Source: a virus. Taken from it: a DNA stretch of 31,765 nucleotides. Made by a program: the position numbers and the translations under genes. Under the pieces are notes generated by a model. The model was not told the DNA's origin and did no database searches. It saw nothing but the letters and a program-made list of their open reading frames with translations. The stretch lies in the IMG/VR virus record IMGVR_UViG_3300005947_000002, positions 1-31,765 of that record. One strand, 5' to 3'. Positions 30,359-31,765 of the stretch are shown piece by piece (position 1 is the stretch's first letter; each line of letters opens with the position of its first letter).

Positions 30359-30761
30359 CAGTCCCCCACGCCATACGGCTTCTCGCCGAGTCGGTGTTCA
30401 GAGCCAATGACCTCGAGCGCCGTGAGCAGCATGACGGGCATAGCGTCCACATCAGCCAGGGTCAGGCGCATGAGGTCTCCGTGAATCAAGTTGAGGACTT
30501 CTCTAGCTCTGGTGCCCCAGTAGTCGAGCTCTGTTCTGTCCCAGAGCCAGTGGCACCTTCCACGAAAAAATACTTGAACGCTCCCAGGATGTCCTCGGCC
30601 GTGAGCTTCTCGCCTGTTGTCACTGATTTACCACGGTGCATCGCGACCAGGTCATGGACAAGTCCGGGATCTCCTTTGAGATATTCCTCATACGACATCC
30701 CGTAGACACTCACGTGGTACTTGCCAAAGAGCTGGTCGACTTGACCCTTGGTGATCTCCAT
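30358..30761 (-). CDS. Tail assembly chaperone GT, predicted -1 frameshift fusion (134 aa)
   Basis: After T_TTT_TTC (30570-30564) the -1 frame stays open to the TGA at 30360-30358, which overlaps the tape-measure ATG. GC3 after the slip site is about 70 percent in the -1 frame versus about 48 percent in the 0 frame (hand count). Confidence 0.6.
30486..30761 (-). CDS. Tail assembly chaperone G (91 aa)
   Basis: ATG at 30761 overlaps the upstream TGA (TGATG). Sits directly upstream of the tape measure gene and contains the slip site. Confidence 0.65.
   Translation of the reverse strand: MEITKGQVDQLFGKYHVSVYGMSYEEYLKGDPGLVHDLVAMHRGKSVTTGEKLTAEDILGAFKYFFVEGATGSGTEQSSTTGAPELEKSST
30564..30570 (-). 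promoter_or_regulatory. Slippery heptanucleotide T_TTT_TTC for -1 programmed frameshifting
   Basis: Minus-strand aag taT TTT TTC gtg, in X_XXY_YYZ register with the G frame. Confidence 0.6.
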
Positions 30762-31147
30762 CACACTACGGCGGCGTGGACGGTTCCGTTGAAGTCGAAC
30801 ATCCAGTTGCCGCGGTTGACATCGAGGCCCGCATGCTTGATGGTCACTAGCACACTGCCACTCGTGACTGGAACCGTATTGGCACTCGAGGCCACGACGG
30901 TTGCTTCCAGCCCGACGAGGGCATCAGAATCGGCCCAGCCCTTGAACTCTGCCGTGCCACTCACCGTGGTCTTCTTCTTGGTCATGACCGACTGTGCGAC
31001 GCTCTGCCGCGCGTCATTGTTCAGGACCTCCAATTCCGTCTCAGCATTGGAGTCGAACTTGAGCCCTTCGATGATCATGCCCGTGGGGCCGCCGGTGATC
31101 GTGATGGATGAACCAGGGCCCATCCCGTACGCATATCCGCTATCCAT
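30761..31147 (-). CDS. Putative major tail (tube) protein (128 aa)
   Basis: Lies immediately upstream of the chaperone genes. The beta-rich sequence is small for a tube protein, so the assignment between this ORF and the next is uncertain. Confidence 0.45.
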   Translation of the reverse strand: MDSGYAYGMGPGSSITITGGPTGMIIEGLKFDSNAETELEVLNNDARQSVAQSVMTKKKTTVSGTAEFKGWADSDALVGLEATVVASSANTVPVTSGSVLVTIKHAGLDVNRGNWMFDFNGTVHAAVV

Positions 31148-31158
31148 GTTGCATCTCC

Positions 31159-31548
31159 TTATTCCACCGCAGAAGGCGATGGTGTCATGTCTACAACGGC
31201 GACGTACACGCCGGTCGGAGTCGCGTCACAGGTGAAGTCGATCATGGTTGTGGCACTCTTGAACCAGTCCGTCGGCAAGGTCGAAGACACCCACATGCCG
31301 GGCTTGCCGGTCACGGCAGCGGGAACGGTGATCGGACCCACGGCGGTGACAATGCCCAGGTTGCTGGCCTTCGGGCGCGTGATGGTCACGGTATGCGTTG
31401 CGCTGTCCGTATTGATGACCACCAGGTGCATGTATTCCGAGTCGGCCGCCACGTTGTTCCCGTTCGTCCCGTCGGCCAGAGCCAGCGTGACGATCTTGCC
31501 GACGTTCATTGCCTTGCTGACTTGCTTCGTGAGTAGTGTTACTGGCAT
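31159..31548 (-). CDS. Putative tail tube / tail-associated protein (129 aa)
   Basis: AAGGAGA SD. Sits between the terminator-like gene and the 128-aa tail gene. Confidence 0.45.
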   Translation of the reverse strand: MPVTLLTKQVSKAMNVGKIVTLALADGTNGNNVAADSEYMHLVVINTDSATHTVTITRPKASNLGIVTAVGPITVPAAVTGKPGMWVSSTLPTDWFKSATTMIDFTCDATPTGVYVAVVDMTPSPSAVE

Positions 31549-31561
31549 GGTGTCTCCTTAT

Positions 31562-31765
31562 CTATCCCTGAATGGGAATGGTCCAGGTGCCCTTCGCAAT
31601 ATCCAACGCTAATTCGTACTGGTCGACCCGCCGGACATTCGCCCGGTCAAGGCAGAACAGCTTCTCGACCATGGCGTCCACCCTGTCAGCCAGGCTCTCA
31701 TACGCCGTGACCGCACAGTAGAGCGTCGTGGTAATAGTCGTCTTGCAATTGGGCTCACCCTCGAT
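31562..31765 (-). CDS. 3' part of the wrapping tail terminator-like gene (same gene as 1-193; 31696-31765 duplicates 1-70)
   Basis: The frame is continuous with 1-193 through the 70-nt overlap. Stop TAG at 31564-31562. Confidence 0.55.
   Translation of the reverse strand: MEGEPNCKTTITTTLYCAVTAYESLADRVDAMVEKLFCLDRANVRRVDQYELALDIAKGTWTIPIQG
31696..31765. repeat. Terminal overlap, copy 2 (identical to 1-70)
   Basis: Direct comparison of the window ends. Confidence 0.95.

Noticed and set aside
1-31765. Search for CRISPR arrays, integrase/recombinase, transposase, reverse transcriptase (retron/DGR) and known defence or anti-defence cassettes
   Set aside because: I found no regularly spaced repeats and no ORF with recombinase (R..H..R..Y), serine-recombinase or RT (YxDD) signatures. 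The tandem repeats present all lie within genes: the Kelch-like blades, the KANPEK units, the 33-bp duplication at 25088-25142 and the iterons.

Overview
The window holds one complete tailed-phage (siphovirus-type) genome. Bases 1-70 are identical to 31696-31765, so the unit is a 31,695-bp circle, or a circularly permuted / terminally redundant linear DNA. One tail gene wraps the window ends. All but four genes lie on the minus strand and are tightly packed, with more than 20 ATGA/GTGA stop-start overlaps; I used these to correct many start codons in the ORF track.

Gene order along the minus strand:
- Early block (21275 down to 18217): an unknown ORF, a Cro-like HTH, a conserved 353-aa early protein and an HNH endonuclease.
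- Replication block: an O-like initiator carrying four 16-bp palindromic iterons inside its own gene, and a DnaC-like loader.
- A Bro-N/KilAC antirepressor.
- A lower-GC accessory block: an MmcB-like nuclease, a Gp37/Gp68 three-Cys protein and a 75-aa NrdD-C-terminus-like glycyl-radical mini-protein.
- A VRR-NUC nuclease, a 3D-domain protein, a frame-disrupted cytosine-5 DNA methyltransferase, a Cys-rich protein and an AP2-domain protein.
- Structural genes: terS, terL, portal, MuF-like protein, scaffold, P22-coat-like capsid, connectors, tail tube, G/GT chaperone with a TTTTTTC -1 slip site, tape measure and distal tail proteins.
- A seven-blade Kelch-like fibre, an endolysin and a holin.

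The only plus-strand unit (21529-23296) encodes an RHH protein, ParA and a ParG-like RHH protein. It is followed by a ~400-nt ORF-free, hairpin-rich region and a 48-aa tail-anchored membrane peptide. I see no integrase, transposase or protelomerase, which suggests a phage-plasmid lifestyle.

Most unusual signals:
1. A 21-nt start-associated element (ACAAYCGATCTAGGAGGATCG) is repeated in front of the first gene of five modules, and an inverted pair of the same element sits upstream of the replication genes.
2. The methyltransferase has its catalytic motifs, target-recognition modules and a G10 tract distributed over all three reading frames.
3. A stand-alone glycyl-radical-like peptide lies near a CX3CX2C Gp37/Gp68 protein.
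4. The par locus, the structured region and the small membrane peptide together look like a plasmid maintenance/addiction module.

All family assignments come from motif recognition by eye. No searches were run.
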